Assembly (NCBI GenBank): GCA_964454035.1 | Contig: CAYVQV010000001.1 | Location: forward strand, 1 to 58,887 | DNA length: 58,887 bases | Source of the DNA: an uncultured Candidatus Nitrosopelagicus sp. | GTDB lineage: Archaea > Thermoproteota > Nitrososphaeria > Nitrososphaerales > Nitrosopumilaceae | Direction of reading: 5' to 3' | In this document: positions 1 through 9,488 of the stretch, piece after piece | Layout: each line of letters begins with the position of its first letter | How positions within the stretch are numbered: position 1 is the first letter of the stretch | The notes under the pieces: generated by a model | The model's input: only the letters and a program-made list of their open reading frames with translations | Told to the model about the DNA's origin: nothing | Database searches by the model: none | Position numbers and translations under genes: made by a program

Positions 1-883
1 CATACTTGTCAGAATCAGAATCTAATGCATATTGGATGTTACATTCTCCTACAATGCCAACATGTTTTGTTGCTCTTATTGCAGCAGATCGAAGTGTATG
101 ATATTCATGATTATTAATTGTCTGTGAGGGGGCAACTACAATATTATCACCTGTATGAACCTTCATTGAAAGTACATTTTCCATATTACAGACAATTACA
201 TTATTTCCACTGTAGTCTTGCATTACTTCATATTCAATCTGTTTCCAATGACCAACATATTCTTCAACCAAAATTTGCCCAACAAGACTAGCTGCTAATC
301 CACGTCCAACAATTTCGTGTAATTCAATTTCATTATGAGCAACACCACCACCTTTACCACCAAGTGTGTATGCTACACGAACAATTACAGGATATCCCAA
401 TTCTTCAGCGACTTTTTTTGCATCATCAAATGTATGAACTGTTTTACTATTGAGTACGGGAACACCACATTCCTGCATATTATCTTTGAATCTCTGTCTA
501 TCTTCAGTAGCCATGATTCCAGGAATTTGTGTTCCTAAAACTTTGATACCATATTTTTCTAAAATTCCATATTCATCTAATTTAACACCACAGTTTAGGG
601 CTGTCTGACCACCATAAGATAACATTATTGCATCAGGTCGTTCATTTTCAATTACAGATTCAACATACTCTGGTGTAACTGGTTGAAGATAGACCTTATC
701 AGCAAATCTTGTGTCAGTTTGAATTGTTGCAATATTTGGATTAATTAAAACACTCTTCAGCCCGTCTTCATGAATTGCCTTTAAACATTGACTTCCAGAA
801 TAATCAAATTCTCCTGCTTCTCCAATCTTTATTGCTCCACTGCCTAAAACAAGAATTTTTTTTATAGAATTATTACTAGGCAT
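1..883 (-). CDS. carB: Carbamoyl-phosphate synthase large subunit, N-terminal part (runs off the window start)
   Basis: Not in ORF track. Manual translation from ATG at 883: MPSNNSIKKILVLGSGAIKIGEAGEFDYSGSQCLKA..., later NPNIATIQTD and GGQTALN, typical of CarB; overlaps the carA stop. Confidence 0.96.
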   Translation of the reverse strand, partial: MPSNNSIKKILVLGSGAIKIGEAGEFDYSGSQCLKAIHEDGLKSVLINPNIATIQTDTRFADKVYLQPVTPEYVESVIENERPDAIMLSYGGQTALNCGVKLDEYGILEKYGIKVLGTQIPGIMATEDRQRFKDNMQECGVPVLNSKTVHTFDDAKKVAEELGYPVIVRVAYTLGGKGGGVAHNEIELHEIVGRGLAASLVGQILVEEYVGHWKQIEYEVMQDYSGNNVIVCNMENVLSMKVHTGDNIVVAPSQTINNHEYHTLRSAAIRATKHVGIVGECNIQYALDSDSDKY

Positions 884-1949
884 CTATTTTTCCCTCTATT
901 ATTTTTTTTAATTGATCAAAGACAAATTTACAATCATAAGGTCCTGGTGAAGCCTCAGGATGAAATTGAACTGCAATGCATTTTTCATTTTTATGTTTTA
1001 TACCTTCAACAGTCTTATCATCAGCATTTGAAAACCATAAATTAAATTCAGAATTAGATAAGGAATCAGGACTGATACAATATCCGTGGTTTTGACTTGT
1101 TATGTACACTTGATTATTATCTAAATTTATACAAGGTTTATTCTGACCACGATGACCATACTTCAATTTGTAAGTTGAAGCACCACCTGCAATACCAAGT
1201 ATTTGTGCACCAAGACAAATTCCGAGAGTTGGAATTTCTTTTTTGATTAATTCTTTTGCAGTTTCAATTGTGTCTGGACAATGTTCAGGATCACCAGGAC
1301 CATTACTGACAATCACACCTTTTGGATTATATGATAAAATTTCATCAATTGGAGTGTTCCAAGGAACTTTGATTGCATTGTAACCTAATTCACGAATGTT
1401 TCGGATTATTGCATTTTTTGTTCCAGTATCAATTAAAACAATATTCTCTTTATCATTACCAAATTTTTCAGTAGTTTCAGTTGATACAACATTCATGAAA
1501 TTTTCATCATTGTAATTAGTTGCACCTTTTAGCTGTTCCATAACTTCATCAACATTAATTTCAGTATCAGATACACAGATAGCACCCATCATAACACCAG
1601 ACTGACGAAGTTTTTTGGTTAATTCGCGAGTGTCAATTCCTGATATCCCTGGAATTTTTTCATTATTCATCCATTCATCAAGAGTCATTGAAAGATTCCA
1701 ATGACTAGCAGTCAATGATAATTCATGTATTACTAATCCACGGGCTTGGATTTTAGAAGATTCAAAGTATTTTGATACACCATCATTTTGAAGAGCAGGG
1801 TCTGGAACTCCATAATTTCCCACCAAGGGGTAGGTTAGAGTTAGAATTTGGCCACTATATGATGGATCAGTTAATGTTTCAGTATAACCAACCATGCCAG
1901 TATTAAAGACAATTTCTCCAACTGATATAGTAGAAAATCCAAATCCCAT
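876..1949 (-). CDS. carA: Carbamoyl-phosphate synthase small (glutaminase) subunit; true start probably upstream of 1949
   Basis: GEIVFNTGMVGYTETLTDPSY, SNGPGDP, GICLG, GHRG, SQNHGY and QFHPE motifs; frame open upstream to 2033 and encodes GKLILSDGTIFDG. Confidence 0.96.
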   Translation of the reverse strand: MGFGFSTISVGEIVFNTGMVGYTETLTDPSYSGQILTLTYPLVGNYGVPDPALQNDGVSKYFESSKIQARGLVIHELSLTASHWNLSMTLDEWMNNEKIPGISGIDTRELTKKLRQSGVMMGAICVSDTEINVDEVMEQLKGATNYNDENFMNVVSTETTEKFGNDKENIVLIDTGTKNAIIRNIRELGYNAIKVPWNTPIDEILSYNPKGVIVSNGPGDPEHCPDTIETAKELIKKEIPTLGICLGAQILGIAGGASTYKLKYGHRGQNKPCINLDNNQVYITSQNHGYCISPDSLSNSEFNLWFSNADDKTVEGIKHKNEKCIAVQFHPEASPGPYDCKFVFDQLKKIIEGKIDA

Positions 1950-2085
1950 ACCATCAAAAATTGTACCGTCAGAAAGGATCAGCTTCCCATTCTTATCAGC
2001 ATGTTTTGATTTTTTTATGGAAATTGTAACCCTTCACATATCGTTATGGTTCTAGATTTAAATTTTGTGTAATGATCGCAAAAAA

Positions 2086-3291
2086 TTATAGAGCACCGAA
2101 TTGTTCGCTCCATTTATGATATGCACGAACCATTTCTGTTGAAACACTAGGTCTTCTTTTAATCTTAATATTCTTAAAATCCATCATGGTTAATTCTCTA
2201 GGCTGGCTTGATGGTTCACCTGCTACAGGCTCATGATAATCTGGAGATCTAAACAATTCATTAACAATTTGTAATTGTGCACCTTGACAAACATCCTTAA
2301 TATCACTTGCACTATAACCGTCAAATTGTTTTGCAAGAGTAAGAGAGTTTACACGTGAACTCTTTCTCAATGGTGAAGTATAGAGATCAAATAATTTCTC
2401 TCTAGCTGCTGTAGATGGTAATGAAACATAAATTCTCTTTTGAAATCTTCTAAGAAATGGACTATCCAAACTCCATGGTTTATTGGTTGCTCCAATAACG
2501 TACATCATAATTTCCTTTCCTTTACCATTCACTCCATCCATTTCAGATAAGAACTGATTTTTAGCTCTAATTTCACCACCAACTTCACTATTTCTCTCAC
2601 CAAGTAATGAATCAACTTCATCAATGAAAAGAATTACAGGTTTTTGTTCTTTTTCGCAGTATCCACGAGCCATTGAAAAAAGTTTTGAAACATTTTTTTC
2701 TGCTTCACCAAGCCACTTGCTCATCATTGATGCTGCATCTACAACAATAAAATATCCATCTAACTCATGTGCAGTAGCAGCTGCAAGCATTGTTTTTCCA
2801 GTTCCTGGTGGTCCATATAGTAACATTCCTCTAGGCCATCCTAGTGGAAATAAATCTGGTCTTTTACTTGGATAAACAATTGATTCTCGCAGTGCATTTT
2901 TTGCATCATCTAATCCTATAACTTCACTCCATTTTACATCTGGTTTTTCTTTTAATATTAAATCCTCCATACTGTCATCAGTTTTTGGTTGTGCACGTGC
3001 AAGTGCTTTCTTTTGTTCTTCAGGTGATGCATTAGGATCTACTACAGGTTCAATATTTCCTGCACGTGTATTTTGTAATTCTTTTACTCTGCCTTGATAC
3101 GCACGTATTCTTTCAGTATAAACTTGATTTAACTTACTATCGGGATATAATCTCATTAATTTCATCAATGTTGCAGATGCATTTTGATATCCAGAAATAG
3201 CCATTCCATACGCACCTTGTGAATCTGCCTTTATTGCTTCTGATGCATATTTGCTAGCACTATTTTCTAATTCTTGTGGGGCCATACTCAT
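2086..3291 (-). CDS. cdvC: Vps4/CdvC AAA+ ATPase (ESCRT-type cell division)
   Basis: N-terminal MIT-like helical region, KPDVKWSEVIGL, Walker A GPPGTGKT, SKWLGE pore loop, Walker B FIDEVD, RRFQKRIY. Confidence 0.9.
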   Translation of the reverse strand: MSMAPQELENSASKYASEAIKADSQGAYGMAISGYQNASATLMKLMRLYPDSKLNQVYTERIRAYQGRVKELQNTRAGNIEPVVDPNASPEEQKKALARAQPKTDDSMEDLILKEKPDVKWSEVIGLDDAKNALRESIVYPSKRPDLFPLGWPRGMLLYGPPGTGKTMLAAATAHELDGYFIVVDAASMMSKWLGEAEKNVSKLFSMARGYCEKEQKPVILFIDEVDSLLGERNSEVGGEIRAKNQFLSEMDGVNGKGKEIMMYVIGATNKPWSLDSPFLRRFQKRIYVSLPSTAAREKLFDLYTSPLRKSSRVNSLTLAKQFDGYSASDIKDVCQGAQLQIVNELFRSPDYHEPVAGEPSSQPRELTMMDFKNIKIKRRPSVSTEMVRAYHKWSEQFGAL

Positions 3292-3382
3292 TCTAAATCA
3301 CTAATGAGTTTTCTATAGATTTGAGTAGGTATTCAGGTGAGTAAATTGCTGTCAAAGATTTGGTTAAATTAATTCAACTGTA

Positions 3383-3826
3383 TTATACGCCTGTGTCTGA
3401 GAATGAAGTCTGTTTTGATTGGTTCATTAATAATGATTCAAATTCTTTAATTTTTTTAATTGAAAAATCTGCTGAAATGCCCAATTCATCAATTTCATTA
3501 TCCATATGTTCAATTGAGCCTACAGTAGAATCTAATATGTCTACAAATCTCTTCATATTCTGATAAACAGCTTTTTTATTCTCGTGTTTAGATAGAACAA
3601 TTTCACATAATGTAAGAATTCTAGAAAAATCTTCCAATTCATTAAAATCTAGTTTTTCAACAAAAGATGTTTTATCATTGATAGAAGATAATTTTTCATC
3701 AATTGTGGATAAAAGACTCCTGACTTCTAACAGATTTTTTTGTGCTCTATCTTTAGTTTTCATACGTTTTGGTGTTATTTTTGAAAGATTAGACGTAGAC
3801 GTATAAATTTTAGAGTGAAAAATCAA
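3383..3826 (-). CDS. Hypothetical helical/coiled-coil protein
   Basis: 147-aa ORF filling the gap upstream of cdvC; charged helical composition; start uncertain. Confidence 0.65.
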   Translation of the reverse strand: MIFHSKIYTSTSNLSKITPKRMKTKDRAQKNLLEVRSLLSTIDEKLSSINDKTSFVEKLDFNELEDFSRILTLCEIVLSKHENKKAVYQNMKRFVDILDSTVGSIEHMDNEIDELGISADFSIKKIKEFESLLMNQSKQTSFSDTGV

Positions 3827-3882
3827 AAATGATTTAGTTCTAAAAGAGGAAAAAATAAAAGAATACTATAAAATGATAAATT

Positions 3883-4341
3883 ATGATTGAAGATAGATTA
3901 AACGAACTTGGAATTATACTTCCAATCCCTCCAAATCCTGCAGGTTCATACATACCAATAGTAGTATCTGGAAAACTTGCATTCGTATCAGGTCAGATCC
4001 CAGTTAAAGATGGCCAAGTAGTTTATCAAGGGAAAGTTCTTAGCAATGAATCAATTGCTGATGCTCAAAGCGCATCTAAACTTTGTATAATTAATGGTTT
4101 ATCACAACTCAATGCATATTTTGGTACATTAGATAATTTAGTAAAAATAATAAAAATTTCAGGATTTGTCAATTCTGCAGAAGATTTTTTTGATCATCCA
4201 AAAATAATTAATGCTGCATCTAATTTATTGGTAGAAATATTCGGTGAAAAAGGAAAACATTCACGAATAGCTGTAGGTGTGTCAAGTCTGCCATTAAATG
4301 CTACTGTTGAAATTGATATGATAGTTGAGATTTCTAATTAA
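3883..4341 (+). CDS. RidA/YjgF family protein
   Basis: PAGSY, FVSGQIP, HSRIAVGVSSLPLNATVEI motifs. Confidence 0.92.
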   Translation: MIEDRLNELGIILPIPPNPAGSYIPIVVSGKLAFVSGQIPVKDGQVVYQGKVLSNESIADAQSASKLCIINGLSQLNAYFGTLDNLVKIIKISGFVNSAEDFFDHPKIINAASNLLVEIFGEKGKHSRIAVGVSSLPLNATVEIDMIVEISN

Positions 4342-4889
4342 ATTTTAGAAACAGAATTTTCTAAATCACTTACAAGTTTTTCATATTCTGATCTAGATTT
4401 ACCAAGTTCGCTAAGTTTCGTTTCTTCAATTTTTTCTAATCTATCATTAACTTCTTTTGAAACACTGTTTAATCTTGAATCAGCCATCATAAATAGCCGA
4501 TTATTTTCTTTCCACAAATGTTCTCTTACATGAGTGATGTAATTTTCTAATGATAAAATTAAATTGTTCGAGTCTCCAGATGCAAAATATGATTGAACAC
4601 ATGTTTTAATCTGTTCAGCAAGTTTCTCTGTCATTTTATGCTCTACTATCATTTTTGGTATTGGACCCATTTGTGTCGGCATGCCAGTTTGCCCTAATGC
4701 TGGAAATAAACCCTCTTCTTCTTTACCATGATGACAGACATGCGTAAAATTTTGTGTAAAATCAATTGTAGGTAAAAGAATTTGTTGAGGAATTTCTTTA
4801 CCGTCCTTTAGTAATGATACAGTTGTATCAAGTGCACTTAGAACTTTTTCAATTAATTTATGATCATTTCTTAAAGAAGAGGTTGACAA
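4338..4889 (-). CDS. Hemerythrin (HHE) domain protein
   Basis: LRNDH, CHHGKEEEGLFP, EH and HLWKENNRLF metal-ligand motifs; TTG start abuts the upstream DHH gene stop. Confidence 0.88.
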   Translation of the reverse strand: MSTSSLRNDHKLIEKVLSALDTTVSLLKDGKEIPQQILLPTIDFTQNFTHVCHHGKEEEGLFPALGQTGMPTQMGPIPKMIVEHKMTEKLAEQIKTCVQSYFASGDSNNLILSLENYITHVREHLWKENNRLFMMADSRLNSVSKEVNDRLEKIEETKLSELGKSRSEYEKLVSDLENSVSKI

Positions 4890-5903
4890 TTATTTTTCTA
4901 ACTCTGAATTAAGATTCTTAATGAATTTTTTAATATTCGCTTTTGGTATTGATGCACCACATGCCTTATCATGACCTCCACCAGAACCACCAACTTCTGT
5001 AGCCAATCTATTAACAATTTTTCCCAAATGCACTTTACAACTCTTTGATCCTCTAACTGAAACAGCATAAATTCCATAATCCACGCGTTCTTTGTATGCA
5101 ACACCAACATCTTTTCCAGAAAGACCTAAAACAAAATTCACCGCTCCACTTGCTCCAGAATCAAGTATTTCCATATGTCCCAAATTTTTTATAACTTTCA
5201 TTGATTTTTTTACTTTTGATATCACAGATGCCAACTTTTCTACTTGAATCTGTGCAAATTCATATGAATTAGGAATTTGATGAGGATATTTTGATTCACT
5301 TAGTTCATCAACTAGGTATAATAGATAATCAGGATCATTTTGATGACCTACTATATTATAGGTCAAAACAGTAGCGCTGATTAATGCAAATTGTCTATCA
5401 AATATTTGTAATAATTTTGAACCTAAAGGACGATCTTCCATATAATCAGTAATAGCTGCACATGCAGCAACAAATGCAGCATGATCATTTAATTTTTTTT
5501 TGTATGCATTGTATACTTGAACAGTAGTGCATTCATTGATATCATGAATTACTTTAACTTTAGATTTTTCCAGTTGTGAGATAATTTTCTTATCAAGATC
5601 ATGATGATCAATATACGTCACTTTGACACTACGTTTTCTTAAAATAGTTAAGAGCTCAACAAATTCAGATTCATTTTTTTTATTTAATCCAAGATCACAA
5701 ATATAAAGTTCTTTTAATTTTTTATCATCTCTTAATGGTTCCATAGAATCCATCATTCCCGGATAATCAACTAAAATTGAACTTCCACCAAAAGCCTGTT
5801 TAATTAGTGCCGCAGAACTTATTCCATCTGCATCTTCTTCATGTGAAACACAAATGATTTTTGTTTTGATAGAACTTTTGACGACCATGCCATTATTTTT
5901 CAT
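4890..5903 (-). CDS. DHH/DHHA1 family phosphoesterase (RecJ/NrnA-like)
   Basis: HEEDADG, CDLG, IDHH motifs; SVRG and GGGHDKACG DHHA1 motifs. Confidence 0.88.
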   Translation of the reverse strand: MKNNGMVVKSSIKTKIICVSHEEDADGISSAALIKQAFGGSSILVDYPGMMDSMEPLRDDKKLKELYICDLGLNKKNESEFVELLTILRKRSVKVTYIDHHDLDKKIISQLEKSKVKVIHDINECTTVQVYNAYKKKLNDHAAFVAACAAITDYMEDRPLGSKLLQIFDRQFALISATVLTYNIVGHQNDPDYLLYLVDELSESKYPHQIPNSYEFAQIQVEKLASVISKVKKSMKVIKNLGHMEILDSGASGAVNFVLGLSGKDVGVAYKERVDYGIYAVSVRGSKSCKVHLGKIVNRLATEVGGSGGGHDKACGASIPKANIKKFIKNLNSELEK

Positions 5904-5944
5904 AAACCCTCATTTAAACCAAGAATGAAAAAATACTTGAAAAT

Positions 5945-6136
5945 CTATTTTGTTTTAGGAGTAATTTTATTTTTATCCTTTTTAGATTTTAAGACAGATG
6001 AATAAATATCATAAAATGTTCCACCTGACAATTGATTTTTGACATCAAATTCTTGAATTAGTTTTAAAAATTCTGGTGATGCATTAAGTATATCCTCATC
6101 AGCTTGTTTGACTAATCTACGTTCAATATCAGACAT
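5945..6136 (-). CDS. Small hypothetical protein (paralog of 7421..7642)
   Basis: 63-aa ATG ORF with an upstream TATA-like element; shares PExxxxIxxxDxxxQxxGxTFYDxxxxVL with the 7421 ORF. Confidence 0.75.
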   Translation of the reverse strand: MSDIERRLVKQADEDILNASPEFLKLIQEFDVKNQLSGGTFYDIYSSVLKSKKDKNKITPKTK

Positions 6137-6254
6137 AAATAATAATTAAAATTAATCATATATGCGCGAGCTTTGATAGATTAGACTATCTGCTAAATTT
6201 ATTGACAAATTACAGCCTTGAAAATTTAATAGTACTGTTTGAAGACAGAACAAT

Positions 6255-7418
6255 ATGGAAACTAAGAATATTGGGCTTAGAGATGTTACAGTAGCTGATA
6301 CTAAAATTTCTCATATAGACGGAAATAGAGGAAAACTAATCTATAGGGGATTTGATGTTTTAGACTTAACAAAGAATTCAAATTTTGAAGAAACATGTTT
6401 TCTTTTATTACACGATCACTTACCTAATCAAAAAGAATTCGATGAATTCAAAGTAAAATTACGTGATTCAAGACAAATTCCTGAACAAATGCAAAAAAAT
6501 ATGAAAAATTGGAGGAAAGATGCAGAGCCAATGGATGCACTTCAGGCATTTGTTGCTGCTTTAGCTGGATATTATAATGAAGTAGGTTCTGCAAAAGAAA
6601 TTAGTTATCAAAGAGCAATTAATCTTATAGCAAAAGTTCCAACAATTATTGCAAGCTGGGATCGTATTAGAAATGATAAAGAACCAATATCTCCAAATCC
6701 CAATTTAAGTCATGCAAGTAATTTTCTATACATGTTAAAAGGTGAAGAGCCTGATAAAGAAATAGAAAGAATTTTTGATGTCTGCTTAATTCTCCATGCG
6801 GATCATACATTTAATGCATCGACTTTTGCTGCAAGAGAAGTTGCATCTACTAGAGCACATATGTATTCTGCTGTTAGTGCAGCAGTAGGTGCATTAAGTG
6901 GTGAATTACATGGTGGAGCAAATTTTGAAGTAATGAAAATGCTGTTAGAAATTAAAGATAAAAACAATGTGGGAAATTGGATCAAACTTAGATTAGAAAA
7001 TGGAGACAGAGTTATGGGTATGGGTCATGCAGTATACAAAACAGTTGATCCAAGATCAACTGTTCTAAAAGAACTATCAAAAAAACTTGCTGAAAAAACA
7101 AAAATGCCATGGTACGAGATTACAAAAAATGTAGAGGATGCAACAGTAAAATTTATGAAAAAAGAGAAAAATAAAGAAATTTTTCCAAATGTTGATCTTT
7201 ACAGTGCATCAGTATACTATATGTTAGAAATCCCAATGGATCTAAATACACCAATATTTGCAATTTCTAGAGTTGCAGGATGGGCAGCACATGTAATTGA
7301 AGAAAGATTTGCCGAGGCTGCTCCAAAACCTATGTTGTATAGACCTAAAGCAGTTTATGTAGGAAAATATGCTGGACCACAAGGTTGTACATATTTACCA
7401 ATTGATGAAAGACAATAA
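6255..7418 (+). CDS. gltA: Citrate synthase (citrate/2-methylcitrate synthase family)
   Basis: LIYRG, HADHTFNAST, LHGGAN, GMGHAVYK, PNVDLYS and SRVAGW motifs. Confidence 0.95.
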   Translation: METKNIGLRDVTVADTKISHIDGNRGKLIYRGFDVLDLTKNSNFEETCFLLLHDHLPNQKEFDEFKVKLRDSRQIPEQMQKNMKNWRKDAEPMDALQAFVAALAGYYNEVGSAKEISYQRAINLIAKVPTIIASWDRIRNDKEPISPNPNLSHASNFLYMLKGEEPDKEIERIFDVCLILHADHTFNASTFAAREVASTRAHMYSAVSAAVGALSGELHGGANFEVMKMLLEIKDKNNVGNWIKLRLENGDRVMGMGHAVYKTVDPRSTVLKELSKKLAEKTKMPWYEITKNVEDATVKFMKKEKNKEIFPNVDLYSASVYYMLEIPMDLNTPIFAISRVAGWAAHVIEERFAEAAPKPMLYRPKAVYVGKYAGPQGCTYLPIDERQ

Positions 7419-7420
7419 AT

Positions 7421-7642
7421 TTAGTTTCTTGTTTTTAACCAATTTTTTGCTTTTGAATTAATATCATTTCTATACAATACTTCAAAAACCATATCGTAAA
7501 ACGTAATACCTTTCTTTTGAGCCTGCATGTCAAGCCATTTTATTCCATCAGCAAGTTCAGGATCAAATTCAGAGAAATCAACAAGCTCATCAACCATTTT
7601 TTTGAAGAAATTATGACTATTCATCATGAAAGTAAATTTCAA
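7421..7642 (-). CDS. Small hypothetical protein (paralog of 5945..6136)
   Basis: ORF convergent on citrate synthase; start could be an internal ATG (7627/7624/7597); shares the motif with the 5945 ORF. Confidence 0.75.
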   Translation of the reverse strand: MKFTFMMNSHNFFKKMVDELVDFSEFDPELADGIKWLDMQAQKKGITFYDMVFEVLYRNDINSKAKNWLKTRN

Positions 7643-7703
7643 AATAGATCATTAAGCCAAGAATTCAAATTATATTGATAAACCAGTGTTTTTTGATTGA
7701 CAT

Positions 7704-8147
7704 ATGGAGCATGAACTTTTCTTTGATGGAACAACAGAAAAATACACCTGGTCGATAAAAACTGGAAATGCAGTTGTTGACCAGACTAGAGTGCATCCTC
7801 CAGCCTATCTATCAGGTGGAAAATTAGATGTTAGTAATACAGAAGAGTCAAAATTCATTGCATTGCATGTTGGGATTTATTGGGGTTTAGGAGTTTTTAT
7901 CATAAAAGATTATGATGTAGTAAACGTAATGTGTGATTCAAATGAAATGTATGAAATTCTAATTAAAAAAATTATAACTGACAATCAACTAATTAATGAT
8001 AAAATTTACTTTATTAACCAATTAACAAATCATCGAAATTTAAAAATTAAATACCAATTTATAGAATCAGAAAAAAACTTGGCAGCAAAAAATCTTTCTT
8101 CAAGTCATAAAAACTCAACAACTAAAGATTCTAGAGAATTCATCTAA
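7704..8147 (+). CDS. RNase HI-like fold protein, apparently degenerate active site
   Basis: LFFDG...ESKFIALHVGI...VNVMCDS...IESEKNLAA parallels the RNase HI pattern xFDG...AEYxALxxGL...VxGDS...RExNxxAD. Confidence 0.55.
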   Translation: MEHELFFDGTTEKYTWSIKTGNAVVDQTRVHPPAYLSGGKLDVSNTEESKFIALHVGIYWGLGVFIIKDYDVVNVMCDSNEMYEILIKKIITDNQLINDKIYFINQLTNHRNLKIKYQFIESEKNLAAKNLSSSHKNSTTKDSREFI

Positions 8148-9408
8148 TAATCAAACCTATATCATTAACATTTGTATGAGTAGGTCCCGTAAATATTAAA
8201 CCGCCAAATTTTTTAAAAAAATTAAATGAATCATTATTTTTTAAATATTGTTCAAATGATGGAATATTTTCATTTGAAATCATTGCCCCGGCATATTTAG
8301 TGTCACCGTCTACACCGTCAGTTCCAATTGATGATATCAAAATTGAATTATTTTCTAACTGTTTAGAAATTTGTAAAACCAGTTCTTGATTTCTTCCACC
8401 TTTTCCTTTACCTAATACATTCACTGTAGACTCACCGCCAAAAATTATACATGATTTTTTTGTTGTTTTAAATTTATTTGCAATTATTTTAGATACAATT
8501 TTGACATCAGATTTGAGATTAAAAATTACAATAGTGGTGTAGCCTAACTTTATTGCTTTATCTTTCATAGCAATAAGAGATTTTTTATTATTACCAATTA
8601 TAATGTGTGGAAATTTTGGTTTTTTTGGTGTTTCAGGAATTTTTTTGTTAAGACCGTTTTTTAAAACAGAAATTATATTTTTTGATATTTTTTTCTCAAT
8701 TTTATATTTTTTAAGAATTTTTAACGAATCAGAAAAAGTAGTTTTATCAGCATATGTTATTCCTGAAGATATAGAACTTAGATCGTCTCCTATTACATCA
8801 GATAAAACAAATGAAACCGCAGAACTTTTCATTTTTTGAATTAATTTTCCACCTTTTATGTTTGAAAGATGTTTTCGTATACATGAGATTTCATTAATAC
8901 TTGCACCAGATTGGATTAATTGTCGATTTAAAGCAATTTTCTCTTTAAGTGAAATTTCATATGGTAGAGTAACCAATGATGAGCCACCACCAGAAATTAA
9001 AAATACTATAAAGTCTTTTTTTGTAGTTTTTGCGATAAAATTTTTTATATATTTTCCAGCTTTCAGACTTTCAGAATTTGGTAATGGATGACCTGACATA
9101 AAAAACTGAATTTTGTTTTGTTTGAAAATAGGCTTATAATTTGATGGCATTATAATAATTCCTTTTGTTATTGCAATCTTTGATGAAACAAATTTCATCA
9201 TTGAATCTGCAGCTTTACCAATCGCAATAACATACACATTTTCAAAATTTTTTAAATTTATGATAGAATTTTTAGTTTTGATTTTATTCCTGAAAAAATA
9301 TTTCTGAAGACCAATTTGAGGATTTGCATGTATTAGCCCTTCGTTTAGTATTTTTAATGCATCATGAGATTTTTTGTTATTTGTAAAATTAGAAGGATTT
9401 TTTATCAT
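8140..9408 (-). CDS. Glycerate 2-kinase (DUF4147/MOFRL family)
   Basis: AIGKAA, GHPLP, LISGGGSSL, RKHLSNIKGG, SDVIGDD, GGRNQE, GTDGVDG and TGPTHTNVND motifs. Confidence 0.92.
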   Translation of the reverse strand: MIKNPSNFTNNKKSHDALKILNEGLIHANPQIGLQKYFFRNKIKTKNSIINLKNFENVYVIAIGKAADSMMKFVSSKIAITKGIIIMPSNYKPIFKQNKIQFFMSGHPLPNSESLKAGKYIKNFIAKTTKKDFIVFLISGGGSSLVTLPYEISLKEKIALNRQLIQSGASINEISCIRKHLSNIKGGKLIQKMKSSAVSFVLSDVIGDDLSSISSGITYADKTTFSDSLKILKKYKIEKKISKNIISVLKNGLNKKIPETPKKPKFPHIIIGNNKKSLIAMKDKAIKLGYTTIVIFNLKSDVKIVSKIIANKFKTTKKSCIIFGGESTVNVLGKGKGGRNQELVLQISKQLENNSILISSIGTDGVDGDTKYAGAMISNENIPSFEQYLKNNDSFNFFKKFGGLIFTGPTHTNVNDIGLIIR

Positions 9409-9455
9409 TTATCTAAATGAAGTAAAAAAATAACTTAAGGTTTTGCACGCTGTAA

Positions 9456-9464
9456 GATATAAAA
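9456..9464 (+). promoter_or_regulatory. TATA-box candidate for the Fe-ADH gene (probably leaderless)
   Basis: GATATAAAA ends about 25 nt before the ATG at 9489. Confidence 0.5.
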
Positions 9465-9488
9465 AGAGAAAGAAAATGTAACAATACT

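Noticed and set aside
2034..2039. Selenocysteine readthrough of ATG-TGA upstream of carA
   Set aside because: No Cys is expected at this position, and no SECIS or sel genes are seen.
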